NCBI RefSeq assembly: GCF_037042905.1 | Contig: NC_087250.1 | Coordinates: forward strand, 19,904,001-19,968,000 | Source: Lytechinus pictus | Lineage: Eukaryota | Direction: 5' to 3' | Length of the DNA: 64,000 nt | In this document: in pieces, positions 25,719 through 40,641 of the stretch | Layout of the letters: each line of letters starts with the position of its first letter | How positions within the stretch are numbered: position 1 is the stretch's first letter | Program-made: the position numbers and the translations under genes | Notes under the pieces: generated by a model | Database searches by the model: none | What the model was told of the DNA's origin: nothing | What the model saw: only the letters and a program-made list of their open reading frames with translations

Positions 25719-27500
25719 AATTGAAATATGCAAGTGCCATTATGTTAGAACTACGAATACAAAACCTTTCCAAAGGCACCATGATATTTTTGTTATACAT
25801 GTAGTATATAGCTTACCAGATTAACAAAAACCTAGCATTTTATTGCTAACTCATATAAATTATAGGTCAATGTGATATATATGTATTATCTGTTGCCATT
25901 TGGCATGTCCCATGTAAGCAATAATGCGAATGTCAACCAGTACTCTTTCTTTACAGTATTTGTATATTGTATTTTAAATGTTTAGTTAGGGGGAGGGGGT
26001 AGGGGACAGCGGGTCAAAAATAGAAAAATAGGCCTACTTCAGACATGCCAACTGTTCCCTTTTTAGAGTATTTGTTCCTCTTTTTTGCTATAAATACACC
26101 AATACTTTTTTGTATGATTTGTTACTTTTTAAAATTTCTGATCATGGAGTATGTATTATACACAGCGCTTGACACTGGCACCGGTACGACAGTCCCAGAC
26201 CGGTAAAAATCACTGTCGAGCCAGTAACTTCTTGCATGAAAAGAACAAGTAAATTCTTGCCTACAAGCACATGTTTGAAAGGATGAGTCATTTCACATGT
26301 TTTTTCACCAATGTCACTACAACAGGCTGGCGATTGTAACGTTGAGACAAATTTTAAAAAATACTCTTTTTTGTCAATTTTTTTTCCCCTTATAAGAATA
26401 CTTTTTTTGGTTTTAGAAGGTTGGCAGGTCTGCAGTACTTCACTTTTTTTAAAATATGAAGTGCTACCTTTTTTGTTGCCTTGATGTCCCACAGGGTCCC
26501 GTCTTTCTTATTACATTCCATTTTTTTGCAAGGTAAAGCGCTATTTTTCTTGTCTTCCAAGTCACATGAAATATAACCATTTTATTATCTTCCTTTCAGT
26601 GAGGACAGATTGTGTATATAACAGTTGTTAAGAAATGATCACCTGTAAATAAATGCGATGAGGTGTTATATATACTTTTTTATGTCGCAGTGAAAAAGAC
26701 TATATTTAGACTTTGTATTATATTGTTTATATGAAATATGCGCTGCTAAAAAAGTGCAGTTAATGTAAATACATGCAAGTAGAGAAAAAGAATTAATTTG
26801 TCTGCTATGCAATATAATTGTACATGTACTTAAAATATTAGAAGTCCATTTCGCAGAGAATTAGCTGTGAATGATAATTAGAATCATACACAACTCGTTT
26901 TTGGGATTTTAGTTAATATGTGATCCCATACATTGTATGCTTTAAATACATGTTATCTGAACGTTGCGTAACACCCTCGTTCATCAAAGTTTCTGTTGTG
27001 CCTCCAGTTAGAGGTGATATCTCCTTGATCCAATAGGCTACATAATACTAATATCACCATGGAGATATCATCTCCTTGGTATCACAAAATTAAAACAAAT
27101 AGAGGGCAGCTCATAAAATGTTCCTTTTAAGACAAAAATGGCAACAATTCTTTAACCCTAGAAATATTTTTCTACCGATTGGTTTGGTTTAGTTTTATTT
27201 ACCGTATAAAAATCACTTTAAGATTCATTGTACAAAATATTAAGATTAAATATATAAACACTTTAAAAGATACGGATGGATCACTCTATTCAGAGCCGTT
27301 GATATACCAGTAATAACTCTGCTTTTCCTAGAGGTCCAATTAAAGTAACATGGGAAATAATATGCCATATATTTATTACTATATTAATGATAAAAAGTAT
27401 GATAAGATATTAGGTGACTGTTTTGAGACTTTTTTTGCCATTATTGTCATAACTCTAAAATACAGCTTTTTGTGACCTTGTCATTAAAATTTTAGATTTA

Positions 27501-27912
27501 AGGCGACCACACACCTTACGATTGGTCTGCAACTCAATTTTGGAATAAAATGTAGTAGAATTTGATGCTAATATTGAGACTTGAAATATCTTAATGTTTA
27601 ATGATCGAAATCATCGTACGAATACCTATGTTCAAATCTGTGACTTTGCTATCATCCTTCTTAGAATAAGAGCAAACTTAATATCTAGTCGTAATGACGT
27701 CATAGTCGTACGATTGGCTACGATTTGAAACTAATTTGGCTTTTACTCCAAAATAAAGGCTTGCAATCTTTCAAAATGGTTATACTAGTATTCTTTCAAT
27801 TAATATTAACCTCAAATAAAATGATATGTTCCATTCACATCTTCAGAAAGTGAGCAAATTGCGATTTGTTCTAAAATCGGATCGCGAACAGTCGTAAGGT
27901 GTGTGGTGGCCT
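27501..27912. mobile_element. Harbinger-like MITE (TTA TSD)
   Basis: TIR AGGCGACCACACACCTTACGA / TCGTAAGGTGTGTGGTGGCCT with TTA on both flanks. Confidence 0.75.
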
Positions 27913-29012
27913 TTAGACATGCGAGGTTTCACCATAAATGTCTTCTCTAAGAATGACTGAAAAACGAATTGGGGAAAAATCAGATTAATCAGGGACCCGT
28001 CTGACAAAGAGTTGCTATTGATTTGATCAATCGCAACTATGGAAAGCCAGCAACGTCAACATCTAAAAAGCATGTTTGTTCAACATATTTATCTAGATAT
28101 GACTCCTATTCATGCATTCACTGCTTTCTTGACAATTCAGTATGCTTCTCTTTGTTTTCAACAGACATTGAGCAAATTTCCAAAAGAAAAAAATTATGAC
28201 ATTGATGGATTTCCAAACTGGAGATTAATCAGATCAATCGTTACCCTTTAAGATAGGGCCCGATGAACAACTAAGGTCATTGGTTGGTATTCTTAATGTG
28301 GGTTTATTGTGAGATCTCACTCAGAAATGTTTACATTTTTGTATTTTTGCAATGATAATGAGATAATGATCTAAAAAAAAAGCTGATAAAGTTTGCATTT
28401 GCATTGTGAAGTGTAATATTGAACCATTTTTGTACTTGTGTTGTTATGATATTCAGGTGGATGTCATCTGTAGTCGGGGCCTTTTTCATAAAACTTGTTC
28501 CAGTAACAAATTTGCAGTTACAGTTTAAAGCTACTGAAATCATTGAATTTAATTGGCTGATAGTAAATATATTATATAAATTGTGCTCATAGTCACCATA
28601 AACATGTTTTTGTGAAACTTTACCCTGTGTCCATTTCATATAAAAAGAATATATATATTTTGTTCTTCAAATATTCCATAAGCAAGATATTTCCAAGTGC
28701 TGTAATTTTTTAAAACAATGGTACTGAATGTTAGGTAGCAAAAACGAGTACTTAAAATTTATATTTTTATTTTTGTTTATTTTTTTAGTGAAATGAAATA
28801 AATTTGAAACAAATGGTCTTGGTTCTGTGGTTCAGGATTGCATTATTCATTCTGTAAGAAAGATGTGAAAGAAATAGAGAGAGCAAGACTGATGGTGTGT
28901 GTGCATCATTACGTCAAACCCCCGTTTGGAGAAAGACCGCAGTTCAGATTGCAAACTGCGGTTCTATACCCCATTTTGCGTTTGGAAATCCCAAAATCAT
29001 TTCCAAGCCCAG

Positions 29013-29173
29013 GGGGCCGTTTCATAAAGCTGCTCGTAAGTTAAGAGCGACTTTAAGAACGACTGGTGATCCTTTCTCGCGCGCTAGATCTTCGCCAATG
29101 GTGTGTACCATTTACCGCAAGACAGGATCACCAGTCGCTTTTTATTTACGAACAGCTTTATGAAACACACGCC
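29013..29173. mobile_element. Short Harbinger-like MITE
   Basis: GTTTCATAAAGCTG / CAGCTTTATGAAAC inverted ends plus an internal inverted repeat CGACTGGTGATCCT / AGGATCACCAGTCG. Confidence 0.65.
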
Positions 29174-29664
29174 TGATCAATCCCGCTAGGCCAGGTAATC
29201 CCCGCTGTCTCAATTTTACCTCCACAGGCCAGATTATGAGCGTTGAGCCAAGGACGAAATGATAAACAACAGCTGTGCTATTACGTAAGACTTCTCTGCC
29301 TGTAGTAGGACCTTCGGAATGAAATTATTGTATTCGATATTTAATCACGTTTTCAAATGCATATTGTATTCAGAAATCCAATGTTAGTCCATTTTCAAGT
29401 TCGAACGAAGAAAATCGACCTCGAAATAAGGAAAGTAAGTGAATTAAAATGACGGCATGCTTTGCTCGGGCTGTTGTGTTATCTTCGGACCAGAAACAGG
29501 TGTTTTGATACTTAAATTGCTTGCTTGGGGCAGTTATGGTTTGTCGTACTTGGAGAAGAGAATTGATTGAGGGAATCTGGGGTATAGTGTTTCCAAATGA
29601 AAGGTTTTCGTCATGTCAAAATTTGTGAGTTATGGGGTTATGTATATGTGCGTGCTCCTGTTTA

Positions 29665-30242
29665 AGGTCAAGTCCACCCCAGAAAATTGTTCATTGGAAT
29701 CAATGGAGAAAATTCAAACAAGCATAATGCCGAAAATTTCATCAAAATCGGATGTAAAATAAGAAAGTTATTAAATTTCAATTAAGTTTCCCTTATTTTT
29801 TTACAAAACAGTTACTCAGTATATGCACAACTCGGTGATATGCAAATGAGACAATAAATGATGTCTGTCGCTCGATTTTGTTTTTGTTTTTTATTGTTTG
29901 AATTATACCTTCATTTTTACAGACTTGACAATAAGTACCAACTTAACTGAACCACAGAATGTTATAAACAATGGTAATTCCATATGTTCAGGGAGTAATG
30001 AACTTAGAGGAGACAATTTTTTTCATATTTCATATTTTACTTAAATACAAAAGAAATAGTGAGTGGGTGACGTCATCAGTCTGCTCATTTGCATACCGAT
30101 CACTGATTTGTGAAATTAAGAGAACTTTGGAATGCCATAACTTTCTCATTTTACATCCGATTTTGATGAAATTTACTGTGTTATACTTTCGGATTTTGCT
30201 TCTTTTATTAAAATAAACTTTTTGTTGGGGTGGACTTGTCCT
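29665..30242. mobile_element. Kolobok-like MITE, copy of 7946-8549
   Basis: Same TIR and internal sequence, with degenerate TTAA flanks. Confidence 0.75.
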
Positions 30243-30896
30243 ATAACAAATCAAGAGTGATTGTGTGTGTGCATCATCTGCGAGGGAAAGAATTATGTTG
30301 GTTTGATGAGTGTGCGTGTGTGTGTGTGTTAGAAAGACATAAAGGAATTAATGATAGAGTAGGAGTCATGGTGTGTGAGGGCTGATGATATGTGGGTGTG
30401 TATTCGTAAGCGTGTGTGGAGGTTAGCGTGTTTGAGAGTGTGTGAGATGGTCTTTCCTCAGTTATTAGCTGTGTTGTCATGGGTTATTGAGTATATAGTT
30501 GGGGGGGGCTAGTTTTTGTCTATGGTGGGTGGGTGTGTTTTAGGGGAGAGAAATAAGAGAATAAATGGATACAGGTTAAGAATGTAGGGCGTGTGTGAAA
30601 TGCTAATGTGTGTGCGGGGATGAGGGAAGAAAAGCAAATCAAAGTGGCAATAGTTTCTTCTCAACTAAATCGTGCTAGTATCGATCTATGTTCACGCATT
30701 AAGAGTAGGCCCTCATTTAAATGAAATGAATACGAAATTAAATTCCAATATCTCAAACGAGCCCACGTTCGCGATAATAGTTATGTGCTACACGCGGTTC
30801 AATGGCCCCCCAAGAAATATAAATAAAAATCAATTTACGTAATGATCACGCGTGTGTACAATTTTATAGATGACCCCCCCCCCCCCCCTCCTCGCC

Positions 30897-33800
30897 GGCT
30901 GCGAAATTATTTTTCCCACCGAGTTCTGGACCGACATATGAATATTCATGACTTGCGTCTTCGGATTGAGAGTACGCATGCGCGTGGACTTGGCTTCGAC
31001 CAGTGCCGATCGTAAGCATTCACGTTGCTCAGAATGAATTAGCATCGTCAAATTATAGTGGTTCCATGCTGATACAGCGTAGATCAGAGTCTAGATATAG
31101 AGACCAGACTAGAACTAAGATATTTTTTTTTTAAGATCTAGGACTGGTTTTGTATACGGACTAGACATATTAAACCATGGCAAATAAGCTAATATTTGTC
31201 CAAACCTAATTAAACGTGAAGTTCGGAATCAACCAGTTTGAAGTTAACCATGGCATTAGTCGGCTATTCAGTGTTGTAGTCAAGGCTCAAACCTCCAAGG
31301 CCAAGGCCAAGGCTTTAATACCCAAGGCCAAGGCTTCAATACCAAAGGCCAAGGCCAAGGCATGGAAACCCAAGGCTAAGGCCTGAAAACCTCAAGGCCA
31401 AGGCATTTCAAACTTACGATATACAGAACAATAAACTAACAATACTTAGGCGGCAGACATCACACATGGTAAAATGTATGTGAGCGAGGGGACTGAGCGA
31501 GAAAAAAAATTAACCTTTGTACATTTAAAACAAAAATAATTTCATGATAGAGACATATCAAAATAATGATATAGTTACCTGTGTACACATAATCCATAAT
31601 TTTTCTATAGGCAATTTACATTGCAATAATTATTATTACCACGGTCATCTGATCCTGGCATTCTCAACGTACCATATGTTTCAGTCTCCACTCCCTGGGA
31701 CAGGGGCAGCAGAAAATTATTATGGGGGGGGGGGGTCAACGCCAAAAAGGCACCCATTTTTCAAAATGAGTTTTTTTGTGCAAACAGATACATGTATTTT
31801 CAAAATGAGATTATGAACTGCGTGAAGTAATTGTGTGTTTTATAGAAATTAAGTTGAGCAAAGGCTTTCTAAAGTGATTTTTAATTAGAAGATAGATATT
31901 TTGCTTTAGGTTTTACTTCTCAGCGAGAAAGCATAGCGAGCAAGCGGTTTTGAAAAAAAATTAATTCTGAAGTTGTAAAACTTGATTTATGGTCAATTAT
32001 GGGGCTAATCATTGTTGAAATTTCCTTGCGCGATGTTGCCAGCGCGAATCTCCAGCTCAAACTTCTTGACATGTCGTGTAATAAGACATGGAAATTATTT
32101 TATTCTGAGCTGGTTTTGTAATCATGAAATAGATGTGTATCTAACTAAAAAATAACTTTGCGCTCGCTAATTCTTTTTATATACTGACCAGTAAAGGAAG
32201 CAGTTAATTAAGCAGTTAATTACTGCATTTTAAATAAGATACATAACTCACCAATAAAAAATAATGCGAGCGCAAAGCGCGAGCTCAAAAATTTGAGATA
32301 TTCCAACCTGAAAACTGGACATTCTAAGCATTTTTTTTGTGAACGTGAAGAGAACGAGTACAATAATTGATGCGAGTGCAGGAAGCGAGCCAAATATTTG
32401 TGATATTTCAACCATAAAGCAACATTCTATACATTTTTGTAACCATTAGCAGTACTGTACTAAACAATAATTGATTCAAGCACGATTCAAAATCTGTGAT
32501 TTTTTAACCTAAAATGTATTATGTTTTATTATTAAAGAAGGTATTTCTTTTTTAAAAAGGGCATATTTCATTTGGAAAAAAAAAATCCTACAGGGATTTT
32601 TTTTTTTTTGGGGGGGGGGGGCAAGAGAGCACAAAGCGCAAGCTAAAATTTTCAAATGCTTAAACTGAAAATGAGTCATTTTTAGGACTCTTGTCAGTTT
32701 TCATATTTTTTTCTGCTTACAACCACTTTTATTAAACAGTTAATTAATCATTAATTATTAATACTTATTGATAATATTAATAATTATTAATTATTAAATT
32801 ATTTTTTTTAATTATTATTTCTTGAAACCATATTGACACAAAAACAAATATGTTGTTTATTTCCTTGAAACTGTAAAGAAATGAGATTCAATGTTGAACG
32901 TTATATGATTAAAAAGAAGTAAACATTTTTTCCCCTTTGTTTTGTCAATCTGACCCAAAACAAATATAACATTTAGAAGAGAGATAGAGAGAAGAAGAAG
33001 TCCCACCACCAAGAATAAACTTAGACAAGGGGGGAAAGGGAAAGGAAAAGATGGAGTAAATGTGATATTATTTTTTAAACAATCTATTGCAAAATTAGCT
33101 TTTCTTATAGAAAGAGGGGGACAGGTTTTGTTCACTCGCTCGCTTCAATCGCTTTCTTCTTTTTTTGGACAGAAATTTTGCTCTATATATGCCATGCTTG
33201 GCCCCTCAAAGTTTCTGGCTCTTCATGCCATTGACATAACCCATTTGGATATGACAAAAATGGAGACTGTGTTCAAGTTTACCAAATATTTTCAGAATAT
33301 CATTAAGACTTAAAACATTCTTGTTGGCCAAAGAAAATAATACAAGGAAAATCCTAATGGAATAGAAATCAACCTTGTTATCGTTATTTAGAGTTAGCTA
33401 TGTTTAAAGTATGAAAATTGTTGTCAAAATTGCAGTCAGATGTAAAAATTATTCTTGTCATCTTGATCATGACCATTATTATTTACTGTCATTATCATCA
33501 TATGATTACAACACATTACCAATACATAATGCTATTTTTCATAACTGATGTATTCTTTGTTTGAATTTCTTGATAATGGTGACAATTACAATTGATGACA
33601 CTGCTAGTACATTTACTACTGCTGCTGCTACTGTTACTGGTGATTGGTAGTATTGACCATGAGTGTTATTAAATATATATTTAAAAAAAACAATTGAAAC
33701 ATTTATAATTACTTATTTAAAACAAATGAAAGTACAAAATACAAAATGCCTTGAAAAAGCCTTAAAATTTCAAGGCTCAAAATCCTCAAGGCCAAGGCCC

Positions 33801-34201
33801 TCTCAAGGCCAAGGCTTTGAAAAAGTAGCTAGGCATTTAGGCGCCTAAAGGCCAAGGCCGAGCATCAAGGCACTACATCACTGATTAGTACTAGGCATTA
33901 ATTAGACAGGTCCAGATTTGAGGTAAAGTTAATGCAGCTAGTTTATTAAGTGTTTAAGAATTGGATATATATATATATATATATATATAGATCTAAGCCT
34001 ATAAGACCTATATACATGTATGTAACTATGTAAGGGTACCGGTAATTTGACGATGCTAATTCATTCTGAGCAACGTGAATGCTTACGATCGGCACTGGTC
34101 GAGGCTAAGTCCACGCGCATGCGCACTTTCAATCCGAAGACGCAAGTCATGAATATTCACATGTTGGTCCAGAACTCGGTGGGAAAAATAATTTCGCCCC
34201 C
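30897..34201. mobile_element. Element with about 160-bp terminal inverted repeats (MULE/foldback-like)
   Basis: 30897-31055 is the near-identical reverse complement of 34043-34200. This produces the mirrored ORFs 30830-31051(-) and 34047-34250(+). No clean TSD seen. Confidence 0.75.
31269..33883. mobile_element. hAT-like non-autonomous element nested in the long-TIR element
   Basis: CAGTGTTGTAGT / ACTACATCACTG termini with subterminal (CCAAGG)n arrays at both ends. TSD not evident. Confidence 0.65.
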
Positions 34202-34979
34202 CGCGGCTTCCCCATCGCAATCTAATGGCGCAAAATACAGCATACCATAATATTAAATACAGAGAAACGCTTGGTCCAATGGACATAATCGAAAGGGGAT
34301 AAATTAATTTGGATGCGTCTGCACGTACCGTAATCCCTTAACATCTTCATTAGATCATTGGAACAAATTTGTACGAAGTCTTCGACTCAGGACATTTGAA
34401 ATTTGCTATATTATTACTAGTTCAGAGAAAATGAAATATGATCATTTGTAATGAAACCATGCATTAACAAAAGTTCAAGTAATAAAATTGTTGAAAGCAA
34501 TACGAATATACATTAATTTACTGCAATTGAAACCGATTCGGAAAACACAATATATGTGATTTATTCATCCCTTTAATTGATTAGTTAAAATGGGTGTTAT
34601 TTGAACGTTTTGAAGCCTCGATGATGTACACAAGTTATTTTTGTCACGGTTTTTATTTTTCTTTCAAAATGACGTCAGAAATACAAGTCGATTGTCCTAT
34701 ATCTGTATAAAACAGCCTTATCGCATTTCTTAATGAGATTGTGGTTCACTAATTTTAAAAATAATGTGAAGGATACAATCAACACAGGAAGTTGTTTGGA
34801 CGGAAATTCGAAAGGGGGTAAGATAACCAAAAGATTACACCCCTTTTTCGACTTAATTGTAGGATCGTAGGAATAAATCCATTTTAAGAAATAAGTTTAC
34901 CATACTTTCAGCTATGTACCTGTATGATTTGCTTGTTTTTTGTGTTTTTTTTTCCTTTTTGCCCCTGCATGAACTCTAT

Positions 34980-35290
34980 GGCCCGTATTCTGAAGTCGGG
35001 TTTAACTTAAACTCAGGTTTAAAGTTGTGCTTTAAGTATGGCGAGCCAATTGTTACATAATCACTAACAGTAGAGATATCATACTTCAGCTCAATCGGCT
35101 CTCAAATCATTCATAATTGTGTAGGAAGTATACATAGATGATTGTCTTCACCATCGATGAATCAGGAAAGAGCACAGTAAACATAAGAAACATACAACTT
35201 AATAAAAAAATTTGATACTTTCGGCTTCCCATACTTACACCACAACTTAAAACCTGAGTTTAAGTTAAACCCGACTTCAGAATACGGGCC
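34980..35290. mobile_element. MITE with long TIR
   Basis: GGCCCGTATTCTGAAGTCGGGTTTAACTTAAACTCAGGTTT and its reverse complement at the other end. Confidence 0.8.
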
Positions 35291-36352
35291 AATCTATTTT
35301 CACTGTGAACACGTTAAACTTCAGTCTTTGGATGTATAGCATGTCCTGCTTTTCGTTGAATAATCCATGAATTGAACTGACTGAAAATAGATTATTACAG
35401 AGATTCGCAGCCAAGACGTATTCTTTTAATGCCCTTCGTACTTCTTTCTTTCATTTTCTCACGTCTCCTTTTCTCCTCTTTTCTCCCATTATTAAACTAT
35501 TAAAAAAAATCATAAGGGCGGTTGCCCCCTACCCCTCTTGTGGCACCGCCAATTGTAGAAATATGTTCATGTTGTTATGTTTAATTTAATGTCTCTTTTG
35601 CTTATGAACAAGCACTTATTGACAACAAATACTTGGCATTAAGATTCAAAATGATATGCAATTACTGATATTATTTTCAGAATAAAATCTTTATTTAAAA
35701 AATTCTCAAAAAATAATGTTAAAAATATACACAAATCACTGTACAATGTAAATATAAATAGTACATAAGTATTGCATAAATAAAATATGGAATGTGAATT
35801 AGTTGGATATGCCTCTTTCCATCAGTGTATAGACAAAATTTATCGTGTTGCATGTGCATTTTATATGCTATCTAATACTGATATTCTACTTTCTTTCCAA
35901 TGAAGAAATTGAAAGGACCTATCAAGCATCTAATCTAAAAAAATATTGCACCATGATGAAGAGTAGGCTTATTGTCCCCTGGTATACCGAAGACAAAGTG
36001 ATGAAAGTCATCTTGATTTCACTTTTAAGTGTACATTTTTCGAATTCATTCCAAGAGGCATTGCTAAAATAAATGAGCAAGCTTTGCTGATTTGGTTTCT
36101 AATATTTTTGTCTGCGTCTAAAGGAATGCATGTTCTAATAAGGTATTGCGTACCTGCAGGCTTTATAAGAATAAGGATATATATATGAATGTATATATAT
36201 ATATATCTACATCTGTGTTTGAGGCGATTTTTTTTGTCTTTCAATGTTCGTAATGCGCCTTAATGCCCTCAACCTTTCGTCTTTACGTCTGTATGTGTAT
36301 TATGACGGAATAAACCCATTCATAGACTTCGCCCTTACGTAGGATGTAGGCA

Positions 36353-36430
<78 letters not shown>

Positions 36431-36563
36431 TATATATATGCGTATATATATATAAATATATATGTATATATATATACAATTGTGAAGAGCAGGGACCTAT
36501 ACATTGCGAGGTGCTTTCTATTATATATTTGAGAGGATGCTATATGTAGATACATATAGCATC

Positions 36564-36628
<65 letters not shown>

Positions 36629-36842
36629 TTGTAAATACTTCAGCATCAACGCAAGACGTAGCTTCCATGTATCTCTTTATTACAAGCTTTCGGCCAATGG
36701 GGCCTTCATCAGGCCTATAATTCCAGTGTCAGTGAGAGTGTGTCGACTGGGTGTGCAGGTATGAGGTAAAGTGATGCTGAATTATTTACAAGTGTACATA
36801 GAACATGACGCGCTGTAATACACGTTATGCAAAGGGCCCTCT

Positions 36843-36875
<33 letters not shown>
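36353..36875. repeat. (TA)n microsatellites
   Basis: Runs at about 36353-36476, 36569-36627 and 36850-36875. Confidence 0.95.
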
Positions 36876-36880
<5 letters not shown>

Positions 36881-37750
36881 CTACAGTTCAGTTAAATAAT
36901 AATTGAACAGAACAGCATTTGCTGAACAGAAAATACATGAATTAGAGTTGGAGATTTCAACTATCTCGAGAATATAACACGTCTAGTCTTAGTCAAAACT
37001 CTCTCATTCTATCTGGTACATTAGCTGAATACCAATAATGAAAGTTAGAATGTATATCATTAAATCAGAATATGTGAGAAAATTACCATCAAGATTCGAT
37101 ATTTCATGCAACATTTCAACATACTGAAGATGACAACTCTGAAAGCACCGTAGATACATTAAAGACAATTGACAAAATACTGAAAAGGCTTTATAAATAA
37201 AGAAAATTGAATTCAAAAGATAAGAATCATTCAAGTAAAGTCTTTGTTTGACGGATCAGACGACTTGTCAAACAACAAAATGTTGATGGGATTGCTACTC
37301 AGTGGAGAGAGATGGGGAGAAGCAGAGAAAAGAAAGAGAGGGGGGGGGAATGAGAATGGCCAATAGAAGGAATGGAATAGAGAGATTGAAGGAGAGACGG
37401 TAAGAGAGAGATTATCAGAGGGGAAAGAGCGAAAAGAGAATATAAGGTGAAGGGGATAAATGAGAAAATAAGGTAAAGAGATAGGGTGAAAGGAAGGAGA
37501 GAGAAAAAAAAAAAAAGAAGGAGTGTTGAAATTGTTTATTTCGTAGACTATTTATTTATATAGTATTGGAATCTAACAATGATAAATACTCAAATTACTG
37601 CCTATTCTCTCGACCTCTGCCCCACACTATCTCGACCCACCCCTATCTCCCCCTCTCTCTCCTCATTTGGGAGTAACACTGGCAAGAAATGTCATTTTGT
37701 TAAACTCTTCATCCTCTTTTAGCTTTGTTCGTCAGGGAAAGGAAAGATAT

Positions 37751-40080
37751 TCAGTTCCATTCTAAGAGCCACTTTCCAACGAAATCTCTAGTTCTCTCAT
37801 TCTCTTCAGAAGCAAACGAGTCAAGGGTATATGCCCCAGGACCTGGCAGTTTCACGCGGACGGTAACAGACGATTTCCCACTTTCCGATTTCGTTTCAGA
37901 AACCTGACATCTTTTATCAGATACTTTGAAAACAATTCGAAATGGCTTGCCCCGGATCAGTTGTAGTGTACAAGTCCCGTCCGGGTCGGCGGCGAGGGTT
38001 GAACATCGAGGCGAATTTGTAGAAAGACCCATCTGGAAGAACTTGGTGGAAGGCCCCATGGTGCCTCTGACGGCTGGAAACATTACCTGCGTGGTTGCCT
38101 TCGGACAGTCAACCAACCAAACTCCTGCAAAGCTGAAGGTATTGTCTTTTTCGTTTTCGACGAAGACAACAAGATCATAGACCCCGGGTGTTTGGACCCT
38201 AAGTCGCAATCTGGTCGCTGTGATTTCGCCCTTATCTGACCACGAGGCTTCGATAAGCATGGTGGCTGAGTCCTGATCACGTGACGATTCTAGGTGAGCA
38301 TTTATTCTCCGTTTCGTTCCCGGTTTGTGGGTTAAGCACAGATCACCTTCTCCGTTGACCAGTTCAAGCCTCTTTGACTTCCCATCGTCAAGGTCCAATC
38401 CTGAATCCCAGAACACACGGTTTGGACCATAGGCCGTTTTCCTCCCGGGAAATTTAGGTTTCTTGCAAACGATGTCATTCACTACCAGGAATACCCCAAC
38501 GTAATTGAAGTTCTCGCTTCCGTTTGCTTTCGCAAATAATCGGAAAGCGAATATGCCCGTCCTGTACATACGGATAAAGAAACGTGTCGTGCGGATTGCA
38601 TTCATAACGTATGTATCTGCAAATATTAGGCCTATACTCTCAGGTTCATCTTCTTCGCCTTTCTTGATTTTGAAGACAAACTCGACATTGGATTTCGCAT
38701 CACTGAACACATCAAGATTGCCTTCGCCATTTTCACACACTATTCTGCTTTGAGTCGTCGTATGCAAACATAGGGAATGGAACTCGGCCACGGGTCCAAT
38801 TTCGGTAACACCTATTGGAAACTGTTCCGTCTTGATCGGTTTACGACATACCACCAGCCAGTATCCGATATAATCGTGCTTGGACATTGACTCGGTCTTT
38901 GCAAAAAGTGACAGTTTAAAGAAGCCTTTCTGATTTAATCTAAGGTATACGGTAGTAACCTGTTCCGTTTCCCTTTTGTCTGTCTCTACAGTGTAGCTTC
39001 CATCTTTCTTTGGTGATTCAGAGACATCCTTCAAGTCAGCAATTACCTTAATCCCTTTCCCTAGATCACTTAGGATATCTAGTTGCCCTTCTCCTTCTGA
39101 GGTAACAATTGTTGTTGAGGGCGCTTCTTTGAGACGTAGACCAAGTTCCTCAAATCGAGCGTTCGGACCGGAAGGGCCCTTCATATCTGGAAGACGCACG
39201 GGGTCGAATTTACCTTCACAGACAACGGTATACATCATTCGACAGGAGTGAACCTCTTTGTCAGATTTAACATACATAATCAGAGAATATCTTCCAGGCG
39301 AAGGGCACCTCACGTGGAAAACCACCAAATCATCGAATTGTTCGCAGTATACAGAAGATGACAGCTTCTTGTTTTGATCTTCAAATTTGTAAAGTTCTAT
39401 ACTGATAGACGAAGGACCTTGATGAAGCTTTTTAAAGACCAGATGAGCATTTCCTGATGCAGTAGGAATAGTAGCATCGTTTTTGGAAACTGGGACTAGG
39501 CCATAGTCTGGCAAATTCAAAGGTGCACCAAAGAGGTCAAAGTTCTCTTCAGTGGACATGGAGTTCAACTTCTCGCTGCCTGTTGCTTTGATAACATACC
39601 TTACTAATGAATTGGTAATGGCATCTGATATATGTTCGGGATATAAGACTTCAGTGTTGCTGTTCTCCTTGCGGCGTGCCGATAAGCTCCCAATTATGAC
39701 GAAACTGTACCTACCAGCTTTTGGAAGTCGAATGCTACAGCACAACTCGTTCCCATTCCACCAATGTTGCACAGCTCCTTTCAATTTCTTCCCGCCTTCG
39801 TTCTCAATTATGCAGAAGGTTTTGTAAAGCGCCCTCTTCAATTTGAACTTCATCAGGCAACTGTTATTAGGTGCTTTGATGACACCATCTTTGTGGCTTA
39901 GGCACTTGAGAGAGCAGAACTGCGCAAGGTGTCCAAACTGTGGAGTGTTGTTCCACTCCTCTAATGACTTGTAGGGGTAATTTTCATGGTTGCTTAAATC
40001 TCTGGGAAGATGGGAATTTGCGAAACTTGAAGGATCAGCTAAGAACTCTTCCTCCTTCCAATGTCTTGTGAAGGCAGTAT
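37751..40080 (-). CDS. KY/hillarin-like protein, last coding exon (end of catalytic domain plus about six Ig-like repeats)
   Basis: Acceptor at 40081-40083, open to the stop at 37751. Begins DTAFTRHWKEEEFLADPSSFANSHLP, which matches the KY-family F-L-x-x-P-x-x-F-x-x-x-H-x-P motif. Repeats of about 120 aa. Confidence 0.9.
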
Positions 40081-40641
40081 CTGTATAAACGCAAAAAGAT
40101 ACATGTAATTGATAAATACCAGAGACAAAATGTGTAGGCCTGCATAGGACTTTCGTGACAACCCTTCCCCTTTCCAGTTTTAAGGCAAATCAGACGACTT
40201 GATGGAGGGTACTGCTTAGAGATTAAGAAAAAAGGAGGATCATAAAAGGTCCTCAGCATTTTCCCTTCTTCTGACCCTTCGGCCAAATGGGTTCTCTTTG
40301 ATGTTCTTTGGCTTTCATTTCGAGAAAAATGCACGTAAACTTGCATAAGTCGTGCATTGTCCTAGGTCGAAGCAATTTTAGAATAGATTATGTAGTACCC
40401 TTCACATTTGTCAGTGTATACGTCCTGGAGAGCTTAGAGCAAGCGCTTCCAGCCCCTCCAAAGATTGTTTGACTGGATTTCTCTCCAGTTAAATAGTTCT
40501 CATCCATGTTCCGCTTGGTCATCCCATCTTTCTGTGATGCACATGTCATGACATGTGTTACATATACATTTTGCAAGTCGGATGTCTCCTTGATCGAATG
40601 CGGTATTGCGGTCCTCTTGGCTCCGACTTTGCCAAAGTTAA

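Noticed and set aside
30830..34250. Duplicated ORF MTMLIHSEQREC... on opposite strands as a gene pair
   Set aside because: A by-product of the terminal inverted repeats.
36283..36764. YI-repeat ORFs
   Set aside because: Translations of (TA)n microsatellites.
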